Of a stretch of DNA of 64,000 nucleotides, positions 9,406-19,169 are shown one piece after another. The number at the start of each line of letters is the position of its first letter. The first letter of the stretch is position 1. Below the pieces are notes generated by a model that was not told the DNA's origin, did not search any database, and was given only the letters and a program-made list of their open reading frames with translations. The position numbers were made by a program, and so were the translations under genes. This DNA is from Planctomycetota bacterium (GTDB lineage Bacteria > Planctomycetota > UBA8108 > UBA1146). The stretch is taken from NCBI GenBank assembly GCA_036125855.1, contig JAYZTT010000027.1, positions 77,420 through 141,419 of the forward strand. Direction: 5' to 3'.

Positions 9406-10673
9406 TCAAGGTCAGGGTGCTGCTCCGGAATTCGATTCAGCGACTGGTGCGGCATCCGGTTCGATCGGTGCTGGTTGCCTTCACCTTTACCCTCGGACTG
9501 GCTTCGGTGGTCTCCATCGTCGGCACTGTCGAGGGGGGCAGGAAAGCGATCGGGCATGATCTGGAGGCTCTCGGAACCGATCTGATCGCGCTGGTGAACC
9601 CGTTGAGACTGGGCAGCGTGGCGATCGGAAAACCAACCTCAGGGAAGCCGATCGGCAACGATCATCTCGAGAAATTCGAGGAGAGGTTATCGGGAATCAC
9701 CGATTCCGTTTCACCTCTGAGGGTCGATCTGGGGCTGACCACATTTGCCGGAATCTCCTGGCGACACACCATGGTCTCGACAACTCCAGGATTTCGTTCG
9801 GTGCTTCGTCCTGGGATGTTGGTGGGGAGATTTCTGGAGGATCAGGATCAGTGGCCTGCCGATGATACGGAAGAGGTGCCTGCGGCCATCGATGAGGCGC
9901 TGGCTGCCAAGTTTTTTGCTGATCCAGAGGATGCACTGGGAGTGAAGTTCCGGTCGATCAGAGAGGGTAAGGCGTTCGATTCGCGGATCGTCGGGGTTGT
10001 CAGTGATCCTCTTCTCCTGCGAAAACACCTGAGTTCTTTCGACGCGACTTCCAGAGCCAGATCGATCCCCGCTCGTCGACTCGAGTTCCTCAACCTCTAC
10101 TTTCCATGGCGCAGCAGCGAGGATCTTCCGTCGGTTGTGTTGATCGACGCTCCCTCCATCGATGCAGTCGACTCGGTGCTGGAAGAAGTGAAAGAAATTG
10201 TCGATCAGGAGCAGCTAGGCGTGTACATCCACGTTCAAAAATGGTGGACCGCGGTCGTGCTGGAGATCCTTGATCGGTTCCGTGGTCTGGGTCACTTCGT
10301 CTGGATCTTGAATCTTGTTGTGGTGCTCATCCTGACGGGCACCATTTCCCTCCTTGCCATCGATGAAAGCATCGAAGAGGTGGCGATTCGTAGGGCAGAG
10401 GGGGCCACCATCATGGCGGTCATGATGCCGATATTTGTGGAGGGAAGCTTACTGGCAATGCTGGCGATGCCGCCGGGTATTTACCTCGGATCCTTGATTC
10501 TGGATTTTTCCATCCAGCCAGTTCTGGGCTGGCCTGCGCATCTACCCGTCGAAACGGTGGCTGGTACCTGCTTCGCCTTGCTACTGACCTCGATACTCGC
10601 ATGCATCCTGCCAGCGATCCGGGTGGCGAATCTGGAACCCGCATCGGTGCTAGGTCGTCGCCGTGATCTCTGA
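9402..10673 (+). CDS. ABC transporter permease, FtsX/MacB/LolE-like (second of two)
   Basis: Same topology as the upstream permease, with RRAEGATIMAVMMPIFVEGSLLAML in the FtsX domain. ATGA start/stop overlap with the upstream permease. Confidence 0.8.
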   Translation: MIKVRVLLRNSIQRLVRHPVRSVLVAFTFTLGLASVVSIVGTVEGGRKAIGHDLEALGTDLIALVNPLRLGSVAIGKPTSGKPIGNDHLEKFEERLSGITDSVSPLRVDLGLTTFAGISWRHTMVSTTPGFRSVLRPGMLVGRFLEDQDQWPADDTEEVPAAIDEALAAKFFADPEDALGVKFRSIREGKAFDSRIVGVVSDPLLLRKHLSSFDATSRARSIPARRLEFLNLYFPWRSSEDLPSVVLIDAPSIDAVDSVLEEVKEIVDQEQLGVYIHVQKWWTAVVLEILDRFRGLGHFVWILNLVVVLILTGTISLLAIDESIEEVAIRRAEGATIMAVMMPIFVEGSLLAMLAMPPGIYLGSLILDFSIQPVLGWPAHLPVETVAGTCFALLLTSILACILPAIRVANLEPASVLGRRRDL

Positions 10674-10730
10674 TCGGTTGCAGGTTGGCCCTCACTGTTG
10701 CAGCTTGGTTGTGTGAGAGGATTTGACTTC

Positions 10731-11393
10731 ATGATGGTTCGGATGGAGAAAATCCGGAGAACTTTCGGAGAGGCGACCGCCGAGGTGGTCGCCCTCGATG
10801 GTGTTGATCTGTCCATCGAGTGCGGCGAGTTTGTCGCCATAGTCGGTGCCTCGGGTAGTGGGAAGAGTACCCTCCTGCAAATCCTTGGCTGCCTCGATCG
10901 CGCTGACGAAGGCTCCTACTTCCTCGATGGAAGTGATGTTCAGTCACTGACCGGTCGCGAGATGGCACGAGTTCGGAACGAAACCATCGGCTTCGTCTTT
11001 CAGTCTTTCCATCTGCTTGGAGATCGTGACGCTCTGGAAAATGTTGCTCTCCCTCTCGAGTATCGCCGTGGATCTATTTCAAAAACTCGACCCAGGGAAG
11101 TTCTGGAGAGGGTGGGGCTTCTCGAGAGGATCAAGCACCGCCCGTCACAGATGAGTGGTGGGGAAAGACAACGAGTTGCAATTGCCCGTGCTCTGGTCAA
11201 GGAACCCAGGTTGTTACTTTGCGATGAGCCGACGGGGAATCTCGATAGCGATAGCGGCGCTCAACTTCTCGAACTGCTGTCGGAGTTGCGAACCGAACTG
11301 AATACAACGTTGATTCTTGTCACCCATGATCAGGATGTTGCCCGGAGGGCGGATCGAGTTCTGACCCTCAAGGATGGTCGGTGGGACAGTTGA
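10731..11393 (+). CDS. ABC transporter ATP-binding protein, MacB/LolD-type
   Basis: Walker A GASGSGKST, signature MSGGERQRVAIARAL, Walker B LLLCDEPTGNLD. ATG 10731 (MMVRMEKIRRTFGE) is preferred over the track start at 10698. Confidence 0.9.
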   Translation: MMVRMEKIRRTFGEATAEVVALDGVDLSIECGEFVAIVGASGSGKSTLLQILGCLDRADEGSYFLDGSDVQSLTGREMARVRNETIGFVFQSFHLLGDRDALENVALPLEYRRGSISKTRPREVLERVGLLERIKHRPSQMSGGERQRVAIARALVKEPRLLLCDEPTGNLDSDSGAQLLELLSELRTELNTTLILVTHDQDVARRADRVLTLKDGRWDS

Positions 11394-12382
11394 GCAGAAC
11401 CGTACTCTTATTTCTGCTGGTGGTCGGCTGCGGCAGCGAAAACTCCCGTTCGGTCACCATATATTGTTCTCATGATCGCGCCCACTCGGAGAAGATTCTT
11501 GATCTCTTCGAGCAGGAGACCGGTATCGAGGTGAAAGCTGTTTATGACAGCGAGGCGACCAAGACGGTCGGCCTGGCACAGCGAGTGAGAAGTGAAAGAG
11601 CCAGGCCCCGCTGCGATGTTCACTGGTCCAATGAACCGTTGCATGCCGAGCGACTGGCAGCGGAAGGTCTTTACGATCTTCTGCCCGATGGTGCCGGAGA
11701 GGGCATCGCGCAGCGGTGGCGTGATCCGGATGGCAAGTGGTGTGGTTTTGCCGCCAGGGCCAGGGTGATCGCTCTGGCCGTGAACTCCCCGGTTTTTGAT
11801 TCTCCTCCCTCCAGTATCGGTGACCTCGCCAGGGAAGAACTGCGCGGCCGTGTGGCCCTGGCAGATCCCAGGTTCGGAACCACCGGCAGTCATCTGGCGA
11901 TCCTGCGCAGTCGTCTCGGCCCTGATCGATATCGTCAGTTGCTCAGGGATTTGCGCCTCAATGAGGTTCAAATTGTTTCCTCCAACTCCAGCAGCAGGGA
12001 CCGTGTTCTGTCGGGAGAAGCCTGGGTTGGGTTGACCGATACCGATGACATCGAGGTGGTGCGGCGCAGGGGTGCTTCCATCGGTGAAGGTTTCCTTCGA
12101 AAAGATGGTGTTTTGTTACTGCCCAATGTGATCGCCATCGTGAAAAACTGTCCGAACCCGGAGGAAGCGCAGCAACTCCTGCTCTGGTTACTGGATCAGA
12201 AAGTGGAGCAAGCCCTGGCAGCTTCTTCCAGTCGTCAGGTGCCCTTGAGAGAGGGAGTGGCCGCGGTTCCCGGTGGTCTTGATCTCTCACAACTCGATCC
12301 AGTTGATGTCGACTGGAATGAGGCCGCTCTTCAGTTGCCTGATGCGATTCGCGAGGCGGAGAGGATATTGCTGGATCCTTGA
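11381..12382 (+). CDS. Extracellular solute-binding lipoprotein, Fe(III)/thiamine-type (FbpA/AfuA-like)
   Basis: Lipobox LLVVGCGS, then SVTIYCSHDRAHSEKILDLFEQETGIEVKAVYDS, typical of iron(III)-type SBPs. The start overlaps the preceding ATPase stop. Confidence 0.75.
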   Translation: MGQLSRTVLLFLLVVGCGSENSRSVTIYCSHDRAHSEKILDLFEQETGIEVKAVYDSEATKTVGLAQRVRSERARPRCDVHWSNEPLHAERLAAEGLYDLLPDGAGEGIAQRWRDPDGKWCGFAARARVIALAVNSPVFDSPPSSIGDLAREELRGRVALADPRFGTTGSHLAILRSRLGPDRYRQLLRDLRLNEVQIVSSNSSSRDRVLSGEAWVGLTDTDDIEVVRRRGASIGEGFLRKDGVLLLPNVIAIVKNCPNPEEAQQLLLWLLDQKVEQALAASSSRQVPLREGVAAVPGGLDLSQLDPVDVDWNEAALQLPDAIREAERILLDP

Positions 12383-13863
12383 AGAAGCTGAATGTCTCGG
12401 GCCTGTGGCCACTGATTCCAGTAATTGTCGGATTTTATCTCCCCATCGGATACGTCGCGATCCAGGATGGGATGCTGGAGTTTGGCGGCAACTCTTCGGA
12501 TGCCCTGATCTCAAGTATCGCAGTGATCATCAGTACCCTGCGAGTTGCCTTGCTGGCGGCGTTGTTTGCTACCTTGCTGGGACTTGTCGATGCGGTATGT
12601 CTGGTCGGAACCAGGGGGCCGGCACGAGCCTTCATCGTGGTGATGTTGCTGGCCACCTTTCTGATTCCTCCTTCGGCTCTGGCCTCTGCAGTTCAGGGAG
12701 TCATCGGTTCCTCGACCCTGCGAGCCACGGTTCGAGATGAGCTGGGTGCTGTGGTGATGCTGGTCCTGCGCTGGGCCCCGGTGGCATGCGCCATGCTTCT
12801 GGGGGCGGCTGCGATGTGGCCTTCCGAGCAGGAGCGGGCTCTGCGAAGCCTGCCTCCGTGGCGGGCACTGTTCACGCGAGCACGGGGCCTTTCAAGGCAA
12901 GCTGCGCGCTGTGCGGGTTTGTTGCTGTTACTGCTGATTCCGGCATCGGAGTTGCCCTCCTACGCCGGTGTGGAGACGATTTCGCAGCGGGTACATGCTC
13001 GATTGACCGTTGGAGATGCTGGTGAAGGTTGGCAGCTAGCACTTGCGATGCTGATTCCGGTAGCCATCGCGCTGTTCTTTTTGTTGCCACGGCTACACGA
13101 CTCCTCGCGATCTACCCGTGACAACAGCATCACCGGCTTACCCGGAGTCGGTCAGGTTGATCTTCTTCTGGCGATTCGCTCGATCCCTGCCATCGCATTG
13201 ATTTGCATCCTGATCTTCACTGCATGGCCTCGTGCCAGCGAACTGTCGACCGCTGGATCGGAGATTCTGGGGGGTGTGATCGGGGTCCTCACCGAGTCCC
13301 CGCGGGCCATCCTTGTTGCGACCATCTCTGTGATCTGTGGCTGGCGATTGGCCGATGGTGGATGTCGTTGGGGATTGCTTCTGTTCGGATTGCCGACGGT
13401 ATTGCCAGGTAGCCTGGGTGCTCTGGCGCTATTGCAATCGAGCAGGTCACTGGTCCCTCCGCTGCTGGATGAGTACCCCTTGCTGTTGAGCATGGCACAG
13501 TTCTGCAAACTGGGGGCGATCGGAGCCGCCGCAGGATTCGTGGCAAGCCGTGTCATGCCGCCTGCAGAGCACAACTCGTCGCTGTTTCTTGCCCCTGCTG
13601 CCGGACGCTGGAGAGTTCGGTTTCTCCGTTCATTACCTGTATTGATTCCCGCCATCGTGATCGGGGTTGCGGTGGTGATGGGGGAGGTGGAAGCGACCCT
13701 GATTCTGGCTCCTCCCGGACACCCGGCACCGGCCCTGGAATTGCACCAGTTATTGCACTTCCGTAATGACGAACAGGCGGCGAGGATTGCCCTGGTGCTT
13801 GCGACATTTGGTGCTCTGCTGGCGACGGCGGTGGTGGCCCCGGTGGCCAGGAGGAGAACGTGA
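12379..13863 (+). CDS. ABC importer permease with duplicated transmembrane domain (FbpB/ThiP-like)
   Basis: About 12 hydrophobic segments in two halves. TTG start overlaps the SBP stop (TTGA). Confidence 0.7.
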   Translation: MKKLNVSGLWPLIPVIVGFYLPIGYVAIQDGMLEFGGNSSDALISSIAVIISTLRVALLAALFATLLGLVDAVCLVGTRGPARAFIVVMLLATFLIPPSALASAVQGVIGSSTLRATVRDELGAVVMLVLRWAPVACAMLLGAAAMWPSEQERALRSLPPWRALFTRARGLSRQAARCAGLLLLLLIPASELPSYAGVETISQRVHARLTVGDAGEGWQLALAMLIPVAIALFFLLPRLHDSSRSTRDNSITGLPGVGQVDLLLAIRSIPAIALICILIFTAWPRASELSTAGSEILGGVIGVLTESPRAILVATISVICGWRLADGGCRWGLLLFGLPTVLPGSLGALALLQSSRSLVPPLLDEYPLLLSMAQFCKLGAIGAAAGFVASRVMPPAEHNSSLFLAPAAGRWRVRFLRSLPVLIPAIVIGVAVVMGEVEATLILAPPGHPAPALELHQLLHFRNDEQAARIALVLATFGALLATAVVAPVARRRT

Positions 13864-14489
13864 TGCAAGGTGGTGTGCTGGCTCTGGAACTGGTTGAATT
13901 GATCGTCACACGTGGCCGTCATTCCATCGGACCGGTATCACTGCAGCTTGCGGTCGGTGAACAGATCACGGTCGTCGGCAGGAATGGTGCCGGAAAGAGC
14001 AGCGTATTGCAGGCGATTGCCGGTTTGCTGGCGGTAACTTCCGGGACGATTTCCATCGCTGGCCGTCCGATGACCTCGTCATCGGAACCGGTCGAACCGT
14101 GGCAGAGAGGTATCGAATGGCTCGGGCAAGATCGTGGGCTCTGGCCCCATCTTTCCATCGAGGCGCAGTGTCACCTCTGTGCCCGTGATGGAGGGAAATC
14201 TCCCGATCAAATCAGAAAGATGGCCCGCTGGCTTCAGATCGAGGATCGCATTGATCGTCGCCCAGCTTTTCTGTCTGGAGGGGAAGCGCAGAGGGCTGAA
14301 TTGCTTCGTGCTGTCTCAGGAGCAGGTGACCTGTTGCTTCTCGATGAGCCGTTCTCGGCTCAAAATCAGGAGGGGCGTCAGCGTATCGAGGATCTACTGG
14401 ACAAGGAGTGCCAGCAGGGACGATCCGTTCTTCTGGCATTGCATCAGGATGATTCGCAGCGAGAGGTTGTGACTCTCGACCTCGATTGA
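13860..14489 (+). CDS. ABC transporter ATP-binding protein (short form without C-terminal regulatory domain)
   Basis: Walker A GRNGAGKSS, signature LSGGEAQR, Walker B LLLLDEP. GTGA overlap with the permease stop. Confidence 0.85.
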   Translation: MMQGGVLALELVELIVTRGRHSIGPVSLQLAVGEQITVVGRNGAGKSSVLQAIAGLLAVTSGTISIAGRPMTSSSEPVEPWQRGIEWLGQDRGLWPHLSIEAQCHLCARDGGKSPDQIRKMARWLQIEDRIDRRPAFLSGGEAQRAELLRAVSGAGDLLLLDEPFSAQNQEGRQRIEDLLDKECQQGRSVLLALHQDDSQREVVTLDLD

Positions 14490-14494
14490 GTCCC

Positions 14495-15223
14495 TCAGTT
14501 CTGTTCGAATTTCCCATCCACCATCGAGAGCAATCGATCTGCACGTTGAGCCAGATCAGGATCGTGCGTGACCACCAGGATCGACGTCCCCATCTCTTCA
14601 TGTAGTTCACGTAACAGGGCGTGAATGCTGTTGCTGTTTCTTGAATCCAGATTTCCTGTTGGTTCATCACAGAGTAGCAGGCGGGGATCGTTGATCAGTG
14701 CTCGGGCGATGGCAACTCGCTGGCGCTCTCCGCCAGACAGGGTGCCGGGGGATTGATGCTCACGACCGGAGAGACCGACCCGTTCGAGTAGCATATGAGC
14801 TCGTTTTTCCACGTCACCACGCTTCTTCTTCCAGTCTCGCGGATGACAGCTAACGATCGGGGGAAGCATTACATTTTCGAGTACGTCCAGGTCATGGAGC
14901 AGATGGAAAAACTGAAACACGAAACCGATAAACCGATTTCGCAAGGCGCACTGTTGATCTTCCAGTAGCCCTGGTGATTGCCAGGTCGAGTCACCGTCAT
15001 GATAAATCAGTTCTCCCGAGGTAGGAGTGTCGAGCAGTCCAAGACAGTGCAGCAGGGTGCTCTTGCCCACTCCACTGAGGCCCTGAACCGCTACCATTTC
15101 AGATTCGTGGATCTCGAGATTGACCCCCTGGAGTACCTTCAGGGTCTTGTCGCCGTTGAGCTTGAAATCCCTGTGGAGGTTGCGGGCGACCAGGACCGGT
15201 AGGGAAGGATCTTGATTATTCAT
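14495..15223 (-). CDS. lolD: Lipoprotein-releasing-system-like ABC ATP-binding protein
   Basis: GLSGVGKSTLL, LSGGERQRVAIARAL, LLLCDEPTGNLD. ATG at 15223 (MNNQDPSLPVLVARNL) overlaps the stop of the upstream permease. The track ORF extension to 15316 lies inside that permease gene. Confidence 0.8.
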   Translation of the reverse strand: MNNQDPSLPVLVARNLHRDFKLNGDKTLKVLQGVNLEIHESEMVAVQGLSGVGKSTLLHCLGLLDTPTSGELIYHDGDSTWQSPGLLEDQQCALRNRFIGFVFQFFHLLHDLDVLENVMLPPIVSCHPRDWKKKRGDVEKRAHMLLERVGLSGREHQSPGTLSGGERQRVAIARALINDPRLLLCDEPTGNLDSRNSNSIHALLRELHEEMGTSILVVTHDPDLAQRADRLLSMVDGKFEQN

Positions 15224-16631
15224 GATGCAATGCCCTGATCGGATCGCGACGCCCTGCCCAGAGAGCAGGGAGGACACTTCCGAGAAAACCAAAGACCAGA
15301 GTCGGGATGCACACAAGAGTTATATCTTGCCAGCGTAGAAGGGCAGGAATTCTTTCCAGGTAATAGATGTCGGGTGGAAAAAGTCGAAGACCTGTCAGGT
15401 CGAAGATGGTGTCGTGGACGTAGTTGATGTTCTCGACCAGTAACCAACCCCCCAGCAGTCCGAGCACTGCTCCGGTAAAGCACAGGATCATTCCTTGACG
15501 GAGCACCAGCACGATCACTCCGGAGCGAGTGGCACCCAGAGCTCTGAGAACACCCAGGTCCCGGTGTTTTTCAATGACCAGCAACATCAAGATGAGGAAG
15601 ATCATCGCTGCAGCAAAGGCGACGATGAGAAGCATCATCACCGAGATGATTCGTTTTTCGATCTCGACCGCTTGCAGTAAATTTTCGCGTTGGTTTTCCC
15701 AGGTCAAGACCTCCTTTGGTCGCCAGGGAATCGCAGCAGGATCGGTGGCAGGTAAATCCATCCTTCGTGAAAGTTCGGCAGCGATGGTTGATCTGGCATC
15801 GTCGGCTTTCGAATAATCATCGAGGCGGACCGCGATGCCGCTGATTCGCATGTCCTGGGCATCTTCATCCCACAGGTCGAGCATCTCTTGCAAGGCGCGC
15901 AGGTCGGTATAAGCCCACTGTTGGTCCTGTTCGTAGACTCCCGATTGAAAAGCACCCACCACGATGAATTTGCCATTGCAGGGTTCCAGTGTGATGGGTG
16001 AGTAGGATGAGAGCTGAACGATGTCTCCCAGTGCGAGTCTTCCACTTCGCAGAGCCTCGATCCCGACCACCAGTCCCTGTGGGGGTGCCTCCTCTGCAAA
16101 CCCATCTCCTGGTTCTCCAGCCAGGCGCCAGCGAAGAATTTGGCGTCTTCTCTCCAGCGAGAATGTTTCTTTCACCTGCTCAGGAGGAGTGGCGGATCGG
16201 TTGTCCGGTAGCAATTTATAGGGGTCTGCCAGGAGTTGCCGGATTTCCTCATCCGAGAGCAGGTAGAGATCGAAATCGCTAACGGCAGATTCCTGAATCG
16301 GTTCAATTCCCCGTACCAGACAATGATCGAGTCGGGTGACTTTATAGAGCGCAAGGGTTTCAACGTAGGGACTGGCCGCCGCGACTCCGGGCTGTGATTT
16401 TATCGTCTGGAGAATCTGGTCTTCACCGACCAGACCATGCATCGGTCCGCCTTTGACAACCAGATGAGCAAGGCTGCCGCGGATCCGCTCGCGCATCTCC
16501 AGCTTGAAACCTTCCATCACGGCGAGCACCGAGATCAGCGAGAAGACTCCGAGTGCTACTGCCAGTGTTGCTGCCCAGGGAGCCCAGCGGCGGCGCAGGT
16601 ATCGTCTTGTCAGAAAAGTGTGGTATTGCAT
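15216..16631 (-). CDS. LolC/LolE-family (FtsX-type) permease
   Basis: MQYHTFLTRRYLRRRWAPWAATLAVALGVFSLISVLAVMEGF is a typical LolC/E N-terminus. C-terminal FtsX domain (LRALGATRSGVIVLVLRQGM). ATG 16631 is preferred over the 98-codon N-terminal extension in the track. Confidence 0.8.
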   Translation of the reverse strand: MQYHTFLTRRYLRRRWAPWAATLAVALGVFSLISVLAVMEGFKLEMRERIRGSLAHLVVKGGPMHGLVGEDQILQTIKSQPGVAAASPYVETLALYKVTRLDHCLVRGIEPIQESAVSDFDLYLLSDEEIRQLLADPYKLLPDNRSATPPEQVKETFSLERRRQILRWRLAGEPGDGFAEEAPPQGLVVGIEALRSGRLALGDIVQLSSYSPITLEPCNGKFIVVGAFQSGVYEQDQQWAYTDLRALQEMLDLWDEDAQDMRISGIAVRLDDYSKADDARSTIAAELSRRMDLPATDPAAIPWRPKEVLTWENQRENLLQAVEIEKRIISVMMLLIVAFAAAMIFLILMLLVIEKHRDLGVLRALGATRSGVIVLVLRQGMILCFTGAVLGLLGGWLLVENINYVHDTIFDLTGLRLFPPDIYYLERIPALLRWQDITLVCIPTLVFGFLGSVLPALWAGRRDPIRALHHE

Positions 16632-17038
16632 GCAGCTCCATGATCCGGGACCCCTTCGATCTACCCGCCCGGGCAACAATATGCAAGAGAGCTTATTTTC
16701 CAGTGCAACTTCACAAGACCTTTTATAGTCATGACTTGTCCCAATATCGGGGGGGGACGCCCAGGGCCAAGAATTGCTACTTGGGGTGTCGCCTTGCGGG
16801 TAAAATGCAACCGGTCTGTAGGGGGGAATTGGAGCTAACAGCTTACCATTCCGTTTGTTCCGCGGATGGTCAGTACTTTCTCCAGGTAATTGCTGGCGGC
16901 CGTCTCGTGACTGAGTCGGTGTCATTGCCCTCTACGGTGAGATCCGGAAGCTCTGACCTGCCTTCCCTCCGGTAGGCGGATCTGCGGAGAGAAGAGAATT
17001 CCGGAGTCCTTGGTCCCATTGAGAATTTGAGGTGATTT

Positions 17039-18127
17039 GTGAAAATTCGCCAAGTCCCTGTGGACGGGTACGAGCATGTAGCTGTTGCTGAGGATGAAGC
17101 CTCGGGCCTCCATGCCATCGTGGCCATTCACGACACTAGCCTGGGTCCAGCTCTGGGTGGGCTCCGAATGTGGGACTACGAATCGGAGCAGGTGGCCCTG
17201 ACCGATGTACTCCGTCTGGCCAAGGGAATGACCTACAAGAGCGCTTGCGCCAACACCGGACTTGGTGGGGGCAAGGCCGTGATCATCGGCGATCAAGAAA
17301 CCGATAAAACGGAACAACGATTCCGTGCCATGGGTCGTTTTATCGAGACGATCGGTGGACGCTACATCACCGCTGAAGACGTGGGAATCGGGATCCGTGA
17401 ACTGGAATGGCTTGGCGAAGAAACCAAGTACGTGACCGGGCTGTCGCGTCAGGCGGGGTCGAGTGGAAACCCTTCTCCCTTCACCGCTCGTGGTGTGATT
17501 CGTGGATTGTTCGCCTGTACCGAGGAAAAGTACGGGACCAGTCATCTGGATCGACTTCATTACTCGGTTCAGGGTCTCGGCCAGGTTGGTGGCGAGGTGG
17601 TGCGCTGTCTCTCGATGCTGGGGGCGACCGTTACTGTTTCTGATATCAGCGATGAGCGCTGTCATGAGTTCGTGGCTCTACCTGGTGTAGAAGTGGTTTC
17701 CAGTGATGACATCTATGAGGTGGATTGTGATGTGTTCATGCCCTGCGCAATGGGTGGGGTTCTCAATGAGGACACCATTCCAAGACTCAGGGCCCAGGTG
17801 GTTGCTGGTTGCGCAAACAACCAGTTGCTGCGTGACGAGCATGGCAAAGAGCTTCATGATCGTGGAATCCTGTACGCCCCAGATTTCATCATCAATGCCG
17901 GTGGCATCATCAACGTCTCTGTAGAGGTTCGACCCGAGGGTTATAACGAACGGTTTGCCGTTCTCAAGATCGAGAATATCTACAACGGACTTCGGGAAGT
18001 TTTTGACACGGCCCGCCGGGAGAATCTGACACCTGCTGAAGCTGCGGATCAGGTGGCAGAAAATCGTTTGAGAGAAGCCCGGAAGCGAAACGGGAATCCT
18101 CTCATGGATGCAGCTTCTAATCCCTGA
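17039..18127 (+). CDS. ldh: Leucine (Leu/Val/Phe-type) amino-acid dehydrogenase
   Basis: HAIVAIHDTSLGPALGGLRMW and GLGGGKAVIIGD motifs of the Glu/Leu/Phe/Val dehydrogenase family, size 362 aa. GTG start 4 nt after GAGGTGA. Confidence 0.85.
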   Translation: MKIRQVPVDGYEHVAVAEDEASGLHAIVAIHDTSLGPALGGLRMWDYESEQVALTDVLRLAKGMTYKSACANTGLGGGKAVIIGDQETDKTEQRFRAMGRFIETIGGRYITAEDVGIGIRELEWLGEETKYVTGLSRQAGSSGNPSPFTARGVIRGLFACTEEKYGTSHLDRLHYSVQGLGQVGGEVVRCLSMLGATVTVSDISDERCHEFVALPGVEVVSSDDIYEVDCDVFMPCAMGGVLNEDTIPRLRAQVVAGCANNQLLRDEHGKELHDRGILYAPDFIINAGGIINVSVEVRPEGYNERFAVLKIENIYNGLREVFDTARRENLTPAEAADQVAENRLREARKRNGNPLMDAASNP

Positions 18128-18498
18128 TGGCGTTTCCTCCTCCTGTTGGTTATCGATTACCGCCTCGAGCCAGGATCCGTCATCGTTCTGATTTCCAGTT
18201 GATATTTGCGCGGGGAATTCGACGCAGCACGTCGCATCTGCGTGCTGTGATTCTACCGCGCCAGGCTGATTGGTCCCGAATCGGAATGGCGGTCAGTCGC
18301 AAGGTCGGAAATGCGGTCGTTCGTAATCGCCTGAAGCGTCGACTGCGTGAGATTTTTCGGCAGTACAGAGACCGGGCACCGGAGGCGAGAGATTTCATCT
18401 TCATCCCGAGGCCAGGATGCTCGAATCTGTCCTTTGAAGAGTTGCGGGAAGAGGTTGTGACCTTGATCTCACTGGAGCTCGAGAGTTGTCGTTCCTGA
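18127..18498 (+). CDS. rnpA: Ribonuclease P protein component
   Basis: [21 protein letters not shown]...[23 protein letters not shown] (RNR motif). The ATG overlaps the ldh stop (TGATG). Confidence 0.85.
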   Translation: MAFPPPVGYRLPPRARIRHRSDFQLIFARGIRRSTSHLRAVILPRQADWSRIGMAVSRKVGNAVVRNRLKRRLREIFRQYRDRAPEARDFIFIPRPGCSNLSFEELREEVVTLISLELESCRS

Positions 18499-18508
18499 TG
18501 ATGCATGG

Positions 18509-18772
18509 GTGGTAACCATGAATTCCCGGCCGAGTCCGATCGCGAGTTTTCTGCTGGCTCTGGTAGGTTTCTACCGCAAGGCGATCTCTCCCCTGCTGCC
18601 CCCACTGTGCCGATTTGAACCGAGTTGTAGTCGCTATTCGTCGCAGGCGATTCGCCAGCATGGAACCTGGCGAGGACTTCTCCTGTCGGTCGGCCGGTTG
18701 CTACGTTGCCAGCCATTCTCCACCGGTGGATACGATCCAGTGCCCCCGAGGCAGGATTCTGAAGGATCTTGA
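18509..18772 (+). CDS. yidD: Membrane protein insertion efficiency factor
   Basis: [31 protein letters not shown] is the YidD signature. Confidence 0.9.
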   Translation: MVTMNSRPSPIASFLLALVGFYRKAISPLLPPLCRFEPSCSRYSSQAIRQHGTWRGLLLSVGRLLRCQPFSTGGYDPVPPRQDSEGS

Positions 18773-18911
18773 CCACCACCGCCAAACGGGTTTGCCCCTG
18801 CGACTGCTCTTGCAGGATGTTTTATAAAGTGTAAAGTGCAATTCAGATGAGGGAACGGGTCTCTCTCAGGGGCGATGCGGGGAAATCGGACTCGGTTGGG
18901 AGCGTGCCATA

Positions 18912-19169
18912 GTGCCGGATCGGTTGGTGGGGAAAGTACCGCCCAAGCTGTTCAAGATCGGCGAGGTGATGGCAGCGACGGGAATTTCCCGCCAGACGAT
19001 CCACGATTACACCGTAGGCGGCTTTATCGACGAGGAAGAGCGCACTCCGGCAGGGCATCGTCTGTACGCGGAGTGGGTATTCGAACGACTGGCTCGTATT
19101 CGTTCTCTCCAGGCAAGTGGCCATTCCCTGAAACAGATCAAGCAGATGATCGATGAGGAGAAGATCTAG
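18912..19169 (+). CDS. Small MerR-family transcriptional regulator
   Basis: LFKIGEVMAATGISRQTIHDYTVGGFIDEEERTPAGHRLY is a MerR helix-turn-helix, followed by a short coiled coil. The exact start (GTG 18912 or 18927) is uncertain. Confidence 0.75.
   Translation: MPDRLVGKVPPKLFKIGEVMAATGISRQTIHDYTVGGFIDEEERTPAGHRLYAEWVFERLARIRSLQASGHSLKQIKQMIDEEKI

Noticed and set aside
16922-17665. 247-aa minus-strand ORF overlapping ldh.
   Set aside because: Antisense to a clear amino-acid dehydrogenase frame. No recognisable features.
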